Shown piece after piece: positions 1 to 12,472 of a stretch of DNA of 64,000 bases. Position 1 is the stretch's first letter. The number at the start of each line of letters is the position of its first letter. The position numbers were made by a program, and so were the translations under genes. Origin of the DNA: Marsupella aquatica (taxonomy: Eukaryota > Plantae > Marchantiophyta); contig OZ316895.1 in NCBI GenBank assembly GCA_973895155.1, forward strand, positions 17,375,337-17,439,336. Reading direction: 5' to 3'. Below the pieces are notes generated by a model that was given only the letters and a program-made list of their open reading frames with translations, ran no database searches and was not told where the DNA came from.

Positions 1-488
1 GAAACTGAAGGTTGTTTCCCGATCATGACATATGTTCTTTGCTTGCGAATGCTGATTGCACAGGCCGACCTCGCTGTTACTCTTTTACGTTTTTCTTACA
101 ATCGTGGGTCGAAGTGCGTCGGGCATGGGTTATATGAATACCTGTCAACATCGTTAGCGTTGAGAAAGCGTTTCGGGAAGACCCGTTTTACCACTCTTGT
201 TGCGCTCAGCAGTTGTCTGCTGAAATCGTGATTGAAGGGTTGTTTTCAATATCTGTACATTGGTGCCTTCGTTGTCCACAATTGGTGTTGATATAACTGT
301 TTTGTAAGCCTGACGTCTTATTCTCTAATTCTCCTCGTACTGTATTGACTCTCAACTGGTACCACTACTGAATTCATAGTTTCCGGAAGCCCAATCATTT
401 AGGTCCCATATGTTCTAAGGTCATTCAGTTGTTGAAACCTAGAGTTTTCTCTCACCATCTAGAAATGATTTTTGTTGTGTTTCGTCAG

Positions 489-2405
489 AATGAAGCCATA
501 AGGAGAATATCTGAATTTCCCCGCCTATATCTCCTGGTGCACTTTGAAAGGACGAAATATTTGATAGTTGTTGATACTTCATGGAACTGTCAACTTGCAG
601 GAACTGGGCTGGCAGCACCCATATCGTGCTCTAACTGCAGCTTTGATTTCTCAAGGCGGAATGGATCCTCTTGGTCAAGTCATTGAAGTGTGTAACCTGG
701 GCCATGTGGGAGATGAGTTGAAAAGTCCAGCACACAAATCCCGGTCAAGCTTGGAAATTTCAGAAGAGGATGTCGTGGTTTCAGTTATGCAGGGGACATT
801 ATTGACAGGAGGGTGTTTGGACCTATCACAAAAGAGGCAAACTGTACCTTTGTCGGAGGCTATGGAAATCGACTCGCAACAAATTTCACGTGAGATTGCT
901 CGAGACATTTCACAAGAAATATCGCAAGAGAACTTTCTTGACAGCTGCAGGGGAGGTGATCAACAGGACGATGCAGAGATGCACTCGGTTTCAAACTCAG
1001 TTGCTGCATCGGAGCTGTTGGAGATGAGTCGCAGTGCCTCAAGTGATTCTCTGGAATGTCTAACCACTTCTGATATTTCCAATACTATTGGTGCTGAACA
1101 GGGGGGGCCAACAGATCTCAGAGATTTGACCGGAAGTCTTCAATCAGATGTTGCTTGTCGAGAAGAGATTCACGTTGATGGATCATGTCAGATATCTAGC
1201 CACTATGAAGCTCCTTCCTGTAAGCCGTATTATGGATACGTCACGGATGACACCATCAAATGTGAGGCTTCATTTGTCAAGCAACAGGACCCTTCGACAA
1301 GCATTACACCATTGGACACCAGCCGCTTCCAGCCTGCTGTTTACGGAGAGGGTACTGTTGATTCTACAGATGTGAGTAGTGATGTGCAGTTACTTATTGA
1401 TGCACTGGTCCGCCATCCAGAAGTCCAGCAAGGCAATGTTGGTGCTGGTGTAGCAGCGACCAAGGGGAATTTGAAAGAGGAAATATATGAAGCAGCAGCT
1501 CAAAATGTGAACGGTGTGAAGGGATTTCTCAATCAGGAGAACGCCATACCGTCTTTATCTCGTGAAAACAAATTTTCAGGTTTGTGTTTCGAATGAATAT
1601 GCACAATGTCTTACGGTTTGATCAAGTGAATTAATATCTCCTTCGGGGATATTGAATTTGCTTGTCTACCTAGCAGCTTACTAAGTCACAGGATGCTTAG
1701 TCCTAGCTGAATGAACTAGTTATATGAATGATCTGCGTAGCGAAGCTCTTGAATTGCAGTAGCCTCTAAAGTTTCGAATGACTTGTTACTTATAGCCCAT
1801 CACCACCATAGATAAATTGTCGTCGATTTTGTGGTGAGCAGAGTCGTCTGTGCATGCAAATTCCTTCGATGAGAATGTTGGGAGGCCTAGAGAAGACCTA
1901 CACAATCTATGTGCCAGATACAGATGGACCATGCCACAGTATGAGCCCTGTTCAGGTTATCCACAAGGACCTCCTCATGCACCCAGGTACTGCTGCCATG
2001 TTTCGGTTTCGGTGGTTGCTTTCCTGAGTCGTTTCAAGCACGGCTCGTATCTCATTGTTTGTTGGTGGATCCCTTCATGATATGGCTTGGCTTCAGCAGC
2101 CATTACGACTAACCTGATCGGCAATGCTGCAGATAAGATCTGGGTATAAATCTATCTGAAGGACAAGTACCTGATTTTGTAATATTTTTCCTGCGTACAG
2201 ATTTGCATATTTTGTGAGCATCAGCTGTTGGTTAATGAAAGCTGGGAGTTTGTACGACTATGACATTTGTGATATCGAATGCGAGGGCGAACCCATGAAT
2301 AGCAAATCACGAGCTATGGATTCTGCTGCATCTTGTGCCAAAGCATGGCTTCAGGAGAATTTTGACTCTGGCAGGAGCCCTGTCCAGGCTACATGCTCCC
2401 AGTGA
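489..2405 (+). CDS. 3' exons of a host plant gene with a C-terminal double-stranded RNA-binding domain (exons 489-536, 601-1579, 1842-1986, 2201-2405); 5' part not resolved
   Basis: GT-AG introns 537-600, 1580-1841 and 1987-2200 join in consistent phase. The spliced product ends RPREDLHNLCARYRWTMPQYE...GPPHAPRFAYFVSI...ECEGEPMNSKSRAMDSAASCAKAWL, a dsRBD pattern like the C-terminal dsRBD of DCL4/RTL proteins, after a long Ser/Asp/Glu-rich linker. Confidence 0.75.
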
Positions 2406-3000
2406 CTTAGTCAATGGGTCCACCATCTCATAGTTCTGCTTGTTTGAAACGAGAATAGGCCAATTTCATGTTGTACAACTGAAACAGGGCAAGCATACTT
2501 GCGTTTTAATACATCTTTGGCCAACAGCATAGCTAAAGCGTGCTGTTGGCCAAAGATCTATTGCAGTGTAAGTGGTGCTTGCATCATGGATAAGAACAGC
2601 TAGTGTCCTAATTGTTCTTATCCATGATGCAAGCACATGTCTTAGGTGACACGTTGAAATTGTTGAGACTCGTTGTCGTTCAGAGGTTGAAATTGTTGGA
2701 AATGGGTTCCACCCCCCGTAGCGGAAAAGTGGAAGACACTCCAGGATCAGCAATTGCTACTGATTTGATAGTCCAAAAAAAACAGAGTATTATTGCTGCC
2801 ACCAAACTCCAGGCATGGGCTTGGTATTCTATCCCTACAGAGGGACATATGCCCTCTATGTTAGTCCCGCTGGGCTTGGTATTAGGATACTTCCATCCCA
2901 ACATGAGATGTATGCCTTCTATATCAGTCTATTGAAAAGTGGACCCATACGTCATTTATCATGCAAAATGTATGTATATCCGTTTCATATTATGATATAG

Positions 3001-3365
3001 TCATTCATTTGCATTATACCACTGAAAGTTGTAGTCCTGTTGTCCAATGAGAAAGGAGTGTGGGAATTGAGAACTTGACAGAAATCAAACCTTTTTTTCT
3101 CATTTTTCCTGGAAGCTGCCCTGCATGTCTACCTAGGGTATACCTCCTATGACCACTACTAGGAGAGATGGACTAAGAAAATTGCCGTCATTCATTTGCA
3201 TTATACCACTGAAAGTTGTAATCCTATTGTGCAATGAGTTAGGTGTGAGAATTGATAAGTTGACTGAAATCAAACATTTTTTTATCAATTTGCCTGGAAC
3301 TAGCCCTGCATGTATACCTAGGGTATACTTCCTATGACCACTACTAGGAGAGATGGACTAAGAAA
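3001..3365. repeat. ~185 bp tandem duplication
   Basis: tcattcatttgcattat(a)caccactgaaagttgta...ctagggtata...atgaccactactaggagagatggactaagaaa occurs at ~3001-3180 and again at ~3188-3365. Confidence 0.8.
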
Positions 3366-4540
3366 CTCACCAACGGAAAAGATATGTTACTAAACGATAT
3401 CATTTGGTGAAAGATGTCAATGCGTGACTTGTGCTAATTAAAGATGTAGCTGAGAAAAATATCATGGTGCAAAAGATATCTTGAGTAAAAGACTTTGTTT
3501 TTTTGAAAGAAAATGTGGTCTAAGTAGAAGATGTCATGGCCCAAAAAAGAGGCGACAACCACCACCAAAGTATGACAAAGTGAGAATGGTTTTTTTCTTT
3601 GTCTTTTAATTTTTCTTTTCTTCCCTTTTAAACCCTTTTCCATTGTTCCACCCTTGCTCATATGGTAGGCTGTAAGTCTTGTTCATCCCTCGGTTCATCC
3701 CAGCTTTCCTCCATATTGTAACACTCACAGATTTTTGCTTAGGAGGTTCATCCCAGCTTTCCTCCAATTTTATTGTAACATTCACAGATTTTTGCTCAGG
3801 AGGAGATGACCCGGGAGAAGCTCTATTTGTTAATTACAGACCCCCATGGAAGCTCCTTCCAAATTCCTCAAAGCACATGCTGCCACATCAGCACTATTGG
3901 TCACAAACAAGAAGGGTTAGTTAAACAAAAAAACAAGACTATGAGTATTGACAAGCAAAAAACAAGTAGCTAGACCTTGTAACTCTACAAACAATGAAAA
4001 ACTGAAAAGTAATTTTTCAAATAAGCAAAGAAAGGGGTGGAAAGAAAATAACCTTTGGATGGATTGTGATTGATATATCAATGTTTTCCAGTAGATTATA
4101 TGAATTTTCTATTTAATTAGCAATTTTTGGAATAACCATGGGTAGAAAAAAACTCTTCAACTACTGTAACATTTACCAAGGTAACATCAGAACCCCTTTT
4201 GCTACTATGGACAAAAGAACACCAAGGGAACATAAGAAACCATTCAATTACTATGGATAAAAGAATACCAAAGGAATGTAAGTAACCCTTCAACTTCTAT
4301 AACACATTTTGCACGGACTCTATGGACATATATAGGAGTACAAAGGGAACGTTGTACTCCTATGTCCTAAGGGACTACTACCATGAAAAATCTACTTTTT
4401 TTTACCTCATCTCCATATTCAAAGCTATTCTAGTATACAACTCTTCATGTGCTCTAACTTAGTTGTTGAATAACATCAAACTAAAATAACCAAGGGGTCC
4501 TTGAACTAATTTTGTTTTTTTCCTCCCTGGCTGTTTCTAT

Positions 4541-5880
4541 TTATTCATTCATGTTGGAGGGGAGAAAGGGGGGGGAGGTAGGGAGAGGCAAGAAGCAAGG
4601 GAGGGAGCAGGAGGGTGAGGGAGAGAGAACAGGAGGACGAACACAACTTTCTCCTCAACCTTCACCTTTCATGAAACACTCCACAGCACCTGGGCCCGTG
4701 ATGCCAGGGAGCCTCTGCCACCCATCTTGCGCACGCCCCACCCTTCTGCACCCTCACCCTCCCCGACATGATCACTTTAGCAATAACAATATTGACCAAA
4801 ATGACCATAATTTTAGCAACAACCATCGTCCAACTGAAATGACAACACTTTTGCTGGCAACCACAACATGACGGCACACACCACACAACTGGACTGGCGA
4901 CACTTTCTTGCCTCACTTGCACTTCTTTGCCTCACCTTGAGACTCTTGGATTAACTGAAAGGGGATTCACTGCTTCTAGGGTAGGGAACAAGGTACATGC
5001 ACTGACTATAGTATATGTCAGTACTTTGTTGACATACAAGTACATGGGAAGGGTATGCAATGTTTTTGACTCTTTTGCTCAGGAGGAGAAAAATTTATAA
5101 TTGTTAATTTGGTTTTTCTTCTTTTTCTTTATTCATGTTGGAGGGAAGAAAAAAGGGGAAGAAGGGAGAGGCAAGGGAGCGAGGGAGGGAGTGGGAGGGT
5201 GAGTGAGAGAGAGCAGGAGAAGAAAAAAGGTGCAATGAACCAACAGGCTTGGGTCAGTTGGCCAGGGGATTAGCCTAGAACCAAGAGGTCTCAGGTCAAT
5301 CCCCCTTCCACACGCAAGGGGTGTGGAGGGTATGTGTGTGTGGGTTGACAGGGTGTAGTGGTGAGAGTACTGATTTCTCCTCAGCCCCTGTTTGGGGCCT
5401 TGGTTTAAACCTCTCTCCCTCCAGGACCTGGTCTTGCATATATTGGTCCGTGTCAGATTGCGTGTTGAATCCCTGGGTATGACCCCCTTGTGGCCCCGCT
5501 TGTGGCTACCTTATATAGGCGCATACTTTGGAGTAGATTGTCTATCCTCTGTAGGACAGGTTTGCTCTTGGTTTCAAGGCCAAAAGGCTTTGGGAGGAGA
5601 AAAAGAAAAAATCCCTCCATGAAATGCTCTATGATTGCTCCTGGACCCCGTGATACCCTGGAGCTTGTGTCACCTGTCTTTGTGCTCCCCGCACCCTTGC
5701 CCTCCCCAGCAACATCACTTTTGCTATAGCAACATCAACCACAATGACAATATTTTCCAACAACAACCATCCAACCAAAATGATGACACCTTCATTGGCA
5801 ACCACAACATGACTGCGCACACAACCGGCTTGGCCACACTTTCTTTCCTCAGTTACACTTCTTTGCCTCATCTTCACATT
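4541..5880. repeat. Two diverged copies of a purine-rich/CAA-rich unit (~4541-4940 and ~5128-5880); the second has an internal insert
   Basis: Shared blocks ttattcatgttggaggg..., atgaaa...ccccgtgat.cc, accacaacatgac..gcacac...ggccacactttctt. Confidence 0.55.
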
Positions 5881-6756
5881 TTTATGCAATGCACTGACAT
5901 TGCCGCACAGATGACAATATGGCTGCAACTACCATCGTGCAAATGGGCACCATATGAAGTGAAGGGCAATTCAATTGGGCACCATATGAAATGAAGGGCA
6001 GTGCAATTGGGCACCCACATGAAATGAAGGACAACCTGATAATATAAGTAAGTTTGGGGTAAGTAACTAGTTTAAAATGTTTGAGGAAGGATGTGCTTGA
6101 TGGACCCCGCCAAAAATAGTTTCCTTAATCAACGCCCACTGTCTAATTGTTTTTTACAACCTCAACCTCCTCTTACGAGCTGTATGAGATGTTCTTGTGG
6201 ATGTTCTTTTAAAATGAGATTCTGGATACTACGACCAAACTGGGTGAACTAACTCTATAGGCATTTGAACCACCAACTCTGCTCAGCTGAGCCGTGACTG
6301 CAGGGTTTTCTACCACAAATTGTGTCTCATCCAACCACAGGCCAATGAATGGGGCTTCTTGTCGGGATAGTTGTTGGGACGGGCCACTCACTATCGCGCT
6401 GTCCAAAGTGTAAGATTAGGGAAATTGCAAAGTGAAAAACAATAACAGCCTGTAAGTACGTTGTCACTAAAGATGTTTCATTTTTAAGACTGCTGCTATT
6501 TTTATTGTATTTACAAATATGTCAGGGTTGTTGTATATGGTTCCCCTGGTTACATACGTTGGTGAACTTGTCATCCATATACAAAACCGTTGCATATTGT
6601 AAATACAGAAAAATGTGGCAATATTGTCAATTAGAATATCTTTAGCGACAAAAGCATATTTGTAACTACAAAAATAAATGTAAGTTGCATTATTGTCAAT
6701 TAGACATCTTTAAAGGCAAAATACTTAAAAACAAAACCGGTAATGCCAAAGCAGGT

Positions 6757-6932
6757 ATGGCTCTGTGGTAGCTCACTTGAGTAGGGACTCATAGGTCTCT
6801 CTTCGTGGTAACTCACTTGATTAGGGACTCATAGGTCTCGGGTTCAAATATTGTAATTGGTTTCTCTTCAAATGTTATGGTAGCTCACTTGAGTAGGGAC
6901 TCATAGGCCTTGGGTTCAAATGTTGTAATTGG
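6757..6932 (+). repeat. Three tandem tRNA/SINE-like units
   Basis: tggtagctcacttgagtagggactcatagg occurs three times; two copies are followed by a B-box-like ggttcaaat; A-box-like tggctctgtgg lies upstream. Confidence 0.5.
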
Positions 6933-7339
6933 TTATGGACCCCCATGAGAGGTCCCTTGCAAATTCTCTGCCACGAGGTTGCACCACATCAGCACAACTA
7001 GCCACAAACAGGAAAGATCATATTTTTACGGTAACAAAAGCACCACATTCATGTTTGTGGCAAAAACAATGTAATTTTTGGGGCGCCCGGCCATAAGTAT
7101 TAAGCGTAAAAACAACCAAAATACAAAGGAAGAGATGTCATTTAGTAAAATAAAGCTACCATTATGATGTCTGTCAATGACATATCAATGTTTTACATCA
7201 AAATGCTTGTATTTTATAATTGTTTGCAAGTTTGAAAAAACCAATCAATAGAAATGTACATATATAGTTAGAACTCTTTTGGCTCCCCCTTTGGCTCCAC
7301 ATTGTAAAACTAAATAATCAATCTCCTTAGTACTTCATG

Positions 7340-7790
7340 AAATCTGTTAATGTTTGATTCATTGGAAAGCTCAAGATCAAGATTTAGAAACTCATGACCT
7401 CTTTAGTATTGTCTTGATAAAATCTCTCAATGTCACTCATTGGAAAGCTAGAGTAAAAGTAGAAACTCATCTCCTTAGTACTTGACAATGTTAGGTTCAT
7501 TGGAAAGCTAGAGAAATTAGGATTCTCATGATCTTTCTAATTCTTGACAAATACTCTCAATGTCACACATCATAAAGCTAGAGAGAGATTGAAAATCTCA
7601 TGATGTCTTTAGTACAGTGACAAAATCTGACATGAAATTTGTCAATATTGGTTTCAATGTTGGAAAGCTAAAAGAATTCATGAACTCATGATCAAAATTA
7701 TTATTGTCACACTCATTGGAAAGGCAGGGAATTCGAAAGTCATTTGGAACTTGACAAAATGTGTCTATCTGAGGCTCATTGGAAACCCTT
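7340..7790 (+). repeat. Degenerate ~60-80 bp tandem array with CATTGGAAAGCT core
   Basis: The core recurs near 7360, 7438, 7498, 7571, 7660, 7714 and 7777. Confidence 0.55.
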
Positions 7791-8344
7791 TCTTGACTAA
7801 GAGATGCACAATCTCATCATTGTCACAAACTTAACAATTGCAAATTGATTTCTTTGATTACGTCCCCATCACTTGTCCGCAACGCTTGCTTCCCGGCTTG
7901 AATTGTTTGCGTCCCTCCAATCTTTAATTGAAGCTCACTCTAAACATAGGTTGCCACTAAATGCAGTCTCCCCCTCACACCAAAGCTTTCTTAATTAAAA
8001 AAAACTACAAAACCTTCATGTGAAGTGTTGGCTCGTCCATTTTGTGCGTTCTTCTTACCGCAATGACAAGTGCGCTTTCACCAACAGTTGTGTGTTGTAC
8101 TCTAGTTTGTCTTGTGACGGTGATACTCAACGTAACTCACAAATGATCAATGAGGAATGGTAGAAACACAATTTCTCCAATGTGTAAGCAAAAACCGTAA
8201 ACAAATCCAATTCTTTCATATTCAACCTTCCATTTAATAAACCAGAGAGATCACCTTAATTAGATCAACCTCCTATATTTTTTGAGCGTTCTCTTTTGTA
8301 CGAACACACACCAAACCACTAGGAGACTCAAAACCATTGGTTAT

Positions 8345-8688
8345 TGTTGAGCATAGACGACATTCGCAACGGCAAGCCCATGAACCATCCAATGCACAAT
8401 AGTCGACACAGAGAGATATGTGGTTCACCTCCACATGAGGCTACGTCCACGGGAACACACAAGAGCTTTACTGCACTCTAGACCGACCGGCCATACCAAG
8501 CATCCACAGCACAAGCTCTCCCTATCTCTCAACTAGCTCCGTAACAATGAGCCTAAGTTCCATCAAGGTCTCGCATCAGCCCTGTCTATATGCACAATAG
8601 CACTACCGCTAACTTTAGCTAAGTCCTAACCCAAGTTAGCCTAACTGTGGTTAGCTCATGAGTCACAAGACTAGAGCAATATCTAACA
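8345..8688 (-). repeat. 3' LTR of Ty1/Copia element
   Basis: TG...CA ends (tgttgag at 8345, ...taaca at 8688). The adjacent PPT is ctcccccttg at 8691-8700 (minus-strand caagggggag). A Copia-LTR-like gtggttcac...ctacgtccacgg motif is present. Confidence 0.7.
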
Positions 8689-8903
8689 AACTCCCCCTTG
8701 ACTCTTGTCTTGGGGACTGGACTAAATGCTACCATATGGAATCCTCAACGGGAAGTTCTAAACAATCACCAACCAGGTCTCCCCCTAAAAACCACAAGGG
8801 TTAACTAAGGGTTAACTAGAACTAAGCCATAGCCAAACAGGAATGAGTAATCCATATACAAATAGTCATACATTGCTAAATAACTCTACTTGCGCTACAA
8901 CTG

Positions 8904-10057
8904 CTAAACCTGCAAAGTAGCATGGTGTCTTGAGAAACTCTCCAAAGGAATCACTTTGGTAAAGGCATCAGCGGGATTGAGCTTTCCATCAATCTTGACT
9001 AGCTCAAAAGTTTTATCAGACACCGCTTGCTTGATAAAATGGTACCTGATATCAATGTGCTTCACCCTGCTATTCATCACCTGGTTAGTAGCCAAGTGAA
9101 GAGCACTCTTACTATCACAGTTTAGAGTCATTTTGCCATGCTCTAAACCCATCTCCGCGATCAACTTGTCCAACCAAATTGCTTCCTTTGTTGCTTCTGT
9201 TGCTGCAACATACTCTGCTTCTATAGTAGACAGAGATATACACTTCTGCAAGGTAGATTTCCAACTGATACATCCTCCTCCAAGAGTAAATTCAAACCCA
9301 GTTGTAGACCTCCTTGTGTCCAGACATCCTCCATAGTCAGAATCTACATAGCCAACTAACGTTCTATCTGATCTGACATCAAATAGTAATCCACAGTCCT
9401 GTGTTCCCTTCAACCTGAGAATCCACTTCACAGCTTTCCAATGTACCTTCCCTGGATTTGACATGAATCTGCTAACCTTGCCCATTGCTAGGGCCAAGTC
9501 AGGCCTAGTACAAGTCATCAAATACATCAGGCTGCCTACTGCCTTCTCATAAGGAATCTTAGCCATTAGACCTTTCTCCACAGCATCCGTAGGAGAGAAA
9601 ACCGATGATAACTTGAAATGTGAAGCTAAAGGAATACTCACTGGCTTACAATTTTCCATGTTGAATTATGCAAGTACTTTCCTCGCATAGTGGCCTTGAC
9701 TCAAGCACAACTATCCAGTTTCAGAGTTCCTAAAAATCTCCATCCCTAAGATTCTCTTGGCCTTACCAAGATCCTTCATCCTAAATTCAACACTCAATTT
9801 TGCCTTGAGATTGTCAACCTCAGATTGATTTTTAGCCACAATCAGCATGTCATCCACATAGATCATCAGAATGATGAAACCAAATACATCATTCTTGACT
9901 GATTTTGTATACACACAAGGATCATACACCATCCTTGTAAAACCTCAAGCATGAAATCATCAAACCGCTTGTACGTTCCACTGTCTGGGAGACTGCTTCA
10001 ATCCATACAAGGACTTGAGCAATCTGCAAACTAAGTTCTCTTGGCCCTTCTTCATAG
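8904..10057 (-). pseudogene. pol: Copia pol C-terminal half (RT + RNase H), degenerate
   Basis: Motifs LKSLYGLKQSPRQW, YVDDMLI, GSLMYLMTCTRPDL, GYVDSDYGG, STIEAEY and KHIDIRYHFI, with stops and frameshifts. Cut at 10057 by an LTR. Confidence 0.92.
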
Positions 10058-11040
10058 TGGTGGCCCTCCCACCACATGCCCGTCTAAACTTGTTTCTCAG
10101 CCTTGAAACAAGTCAAACCTTGCACTAACACGGAATGTTGGGGCAAGTTCTCTCCGACTATACTCCTTGTCGTTAGCAACCCCTCCCATACAAAGCTGCA
10201 CTTGCCCTCGTCAGCACAACCGTCGCTCAACGGTCCTTACTATCTGCACATGCAACCAACCAATCGATAAGAATCCATCTTGATCTCGGAACTCCCAAGA
10301 CTATTGTCTTGCATCAAGCTCAACAGTCATTAGTAAGTAGGTCAGTGGATAGAGCCTCCCAGGCCCGCATGGCCTTGCCATAAGCTGAAACTAAGATCGA
10401 CATCACTGTTCGTCTGGAACAGTCTATCTATTGGATGTCGCCCAAGCTTCCCCACTTTCTACCCGTCAATGGCTGACCGCCCTGCCTCCAAGACATGCCC
10501 ATGGCCCAAACTCAGTTTGTCCCAAACTAGTAGTAACACGCCGGGACCATCCAATTTCTAGATCTTAGCCACGTCTCTGCGAAACCGGGTTCCGCTCAAC
10601 CTCTCACCATGCATCGGGACCAGATCTCAACGGTAGCCCCCAGAGTCTACTTGGTTCTACCTCTCCAACATCAGATCCCCGTGGGAACCAAATGCCGTTT
10701 GGTCACTGTTTGACTTTGGATCGGCAAGAGGGACGCCCCCCATTGCAAGCTTCAAAACCAAACCATCCAATTCAAAATCAGAGAGCACCATGAGGTATTT
10801 TTCTTCATTAGCTTTCCAACGAGCCCAAGAACTCCCCCAACGGAGATCCGGTCGTCGAGTTATGCTTGTTTCCGCTTCAAAACTCGAAACGACGTATCTT
10901 CGTCGATTGCGATCAGCCCGAGCTCAAACTTGAGAGGACCACTCCCCTCATATATGCTTCTGGGGACCTACCACCCCCAGACCAGCTTTGGTCCCCTATC
11001 TTTGGCCCCCTACCCGAGGGTCCGTGGGCCCTGCCACTTA
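10058..11040 (-). mobile_element. Truncated LTR related to the Gypsy-A LTR, in inverted orientation
   Basis: The minus-strand end ...gggagggccacca matches the Gypsy-A LTR end ...gaggtccacca. 10940-11008 is the reverse complement of 11167-11236 (TATA region gcatatatgaggggagtgg). Confidence 0.7.
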
Positions 11041-11046
11041 GCTCGA

Positions 11047-12121
11047 GTCGTGGAACTTGACTACCTTAACACTTAGCTCCGGCGTCGCTGACTCCGACAC
11101 CGAGCTCCCTTATGGTCCAGGCCCGGATAGGCCATCCGGGGAGGACTTAGCATAGGGAGACTTGTGGGCCAAATGTTTAGGGACCAAAGCTGGTCTGGGG
11201 GTGGCAGGTCCCCAGAAGCATATATGAGGGGAGTGGTGTCTCCTTGGGGGCTAAGGGCAAGCCGAAGTCATGAGCCGCGGCGGTCGCGACACTAAGGGAA
11301 ACCGCCAAACAGAAATGACGATATCTTCTCAACGGGAAGTCCGTTGGAGGACTTCCGGGGTTTGTTGGAAAGCTCTTGAGTAGGGCTACGCCCTCCAGAA
11401 CTCAGATGGGTTTGGGGGTGCTGTGAGTTCTTGTGGTTTGCGGGTGTTAGCAAACCCGCTTGCCAAATCCTGCCGAATAGCAGCCAAGCCGCGTTCAGCC
11501 TCCCAAGGGAGTTTGCATTGGGGAGGCAAGGCCAAGTAGGTGTGGAGGCTGAGTCCCAAGGGTGCTCGGTCCCTAGACCATCAGTGGGGCAAATCGGGAG
11601 CGGTTGCTAGGGTCGGGGCCGTTCTGGTCCCGGCGTGTTGGAACAAGCTTGGGACAAGCTTTAGGACAAGCTACGCTATTTGGGCCATGAGCATGTCTTG
11701 AGGTCAAGGCGGTCAGTTGGTGATGGATAGGTATGAGGGGGACCCCGGGCCGTGCCCAAGGAAGGAGTTGTCCTGGACGGACAGTGGGCGTGGGTTCTGG
11801 TTCCGGCTTATGGCATCAGGAGGACCTATCATTGACCTATTTACCAACGTCTGTTGAGCTTGAGTTAGGATGCTAGACTGGGCAAGTTCTAGATCCGGAG
11901 GGGTTACTTACCAAGGTGCTTGGTTGTTTGTGTAGACAGTGAGGACCATTGAGTAGCGGTCGTGCAGGTGAGCAAGTGCGGCTTCGTATGGGAGTGGCCG
12001 CAGGTGGTGCTAGAGGCACGTGGATGCTTGCTCGAGGTATCCCGTGGAGGCATTCGAGCACCAAGGGCACTTAGGAGCAAGTGCCGGGATTGGTGAGGGC
12101 GTTGTGTGGCGAGGTCCACCA
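11047..12121 (+). repeat. Gypsy-A 5' LTR (internally deleted by ~415 bp)
   Basis: Colinear with 57979-59473 except that the segment ~58108-58520 is missing; ends gtccacca. Confidence 0.85.
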
Positions 12122-12125
12122 CTTG

Positions 12126-12137
12126 TGGTATCAGAGC
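12126..12137 (+). promoter_or_regulatory. Primer binding site (tRNA-iMet)
   Basis: tggtatcagagc lies 4 nt after the LTR end. Confidence 0.92.
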
Positions 12138-12472
12138 GATTGCCAGCATAGACACCGGGCCGGGGTCGTGCTAAGTCAGAATCCAAAAATCTTAACGGAT
12201 TTTTGTGGGGACTTAGTGCTTCAATGTGCTTGGCGGGTCGACTGCGGGCAGATTCGGTGGCTGGGAACATGGCGAAAAACACTCGTGCAAAGAGTGGCAA
12301 GTAGGCTCCCCCCACCAAGGGGAGAGCCCAAGTTCACGATGAACAGAAGGAGGACGGGTCGACTTCCCTAGACAAACATTACAAGCAGGATGAAGAACAC
12401 GCAACGGCCGAACCGTCAACCGCTGCAGCAAACAAGTCAAGTGCAGAGCGCCGTCAACTTAAAGGGAAGGAG

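Noticed and set aside
1987-2080. Read-through of the dsRBD exon (YCCHVSVSV...)
   Set aside because: Splicing 1986 to 2201 gives a complete dsRBD; read-through ends without the final helix.
2612-3000. Short ORFs with a GLGI motif suggesting a LINE RT fragment
   Set aside because: Too short and stop-ridden to support.
6209-6450. Possible minus-strand exon
   Set aside because: No recognisable domain or partner exons.
3340-7250. Degenerate CACTA element (cactactagga start, gtcactaa/ttagcgac-like motifs)
   Set aside because: No matching right TIR or TSD could be identified.
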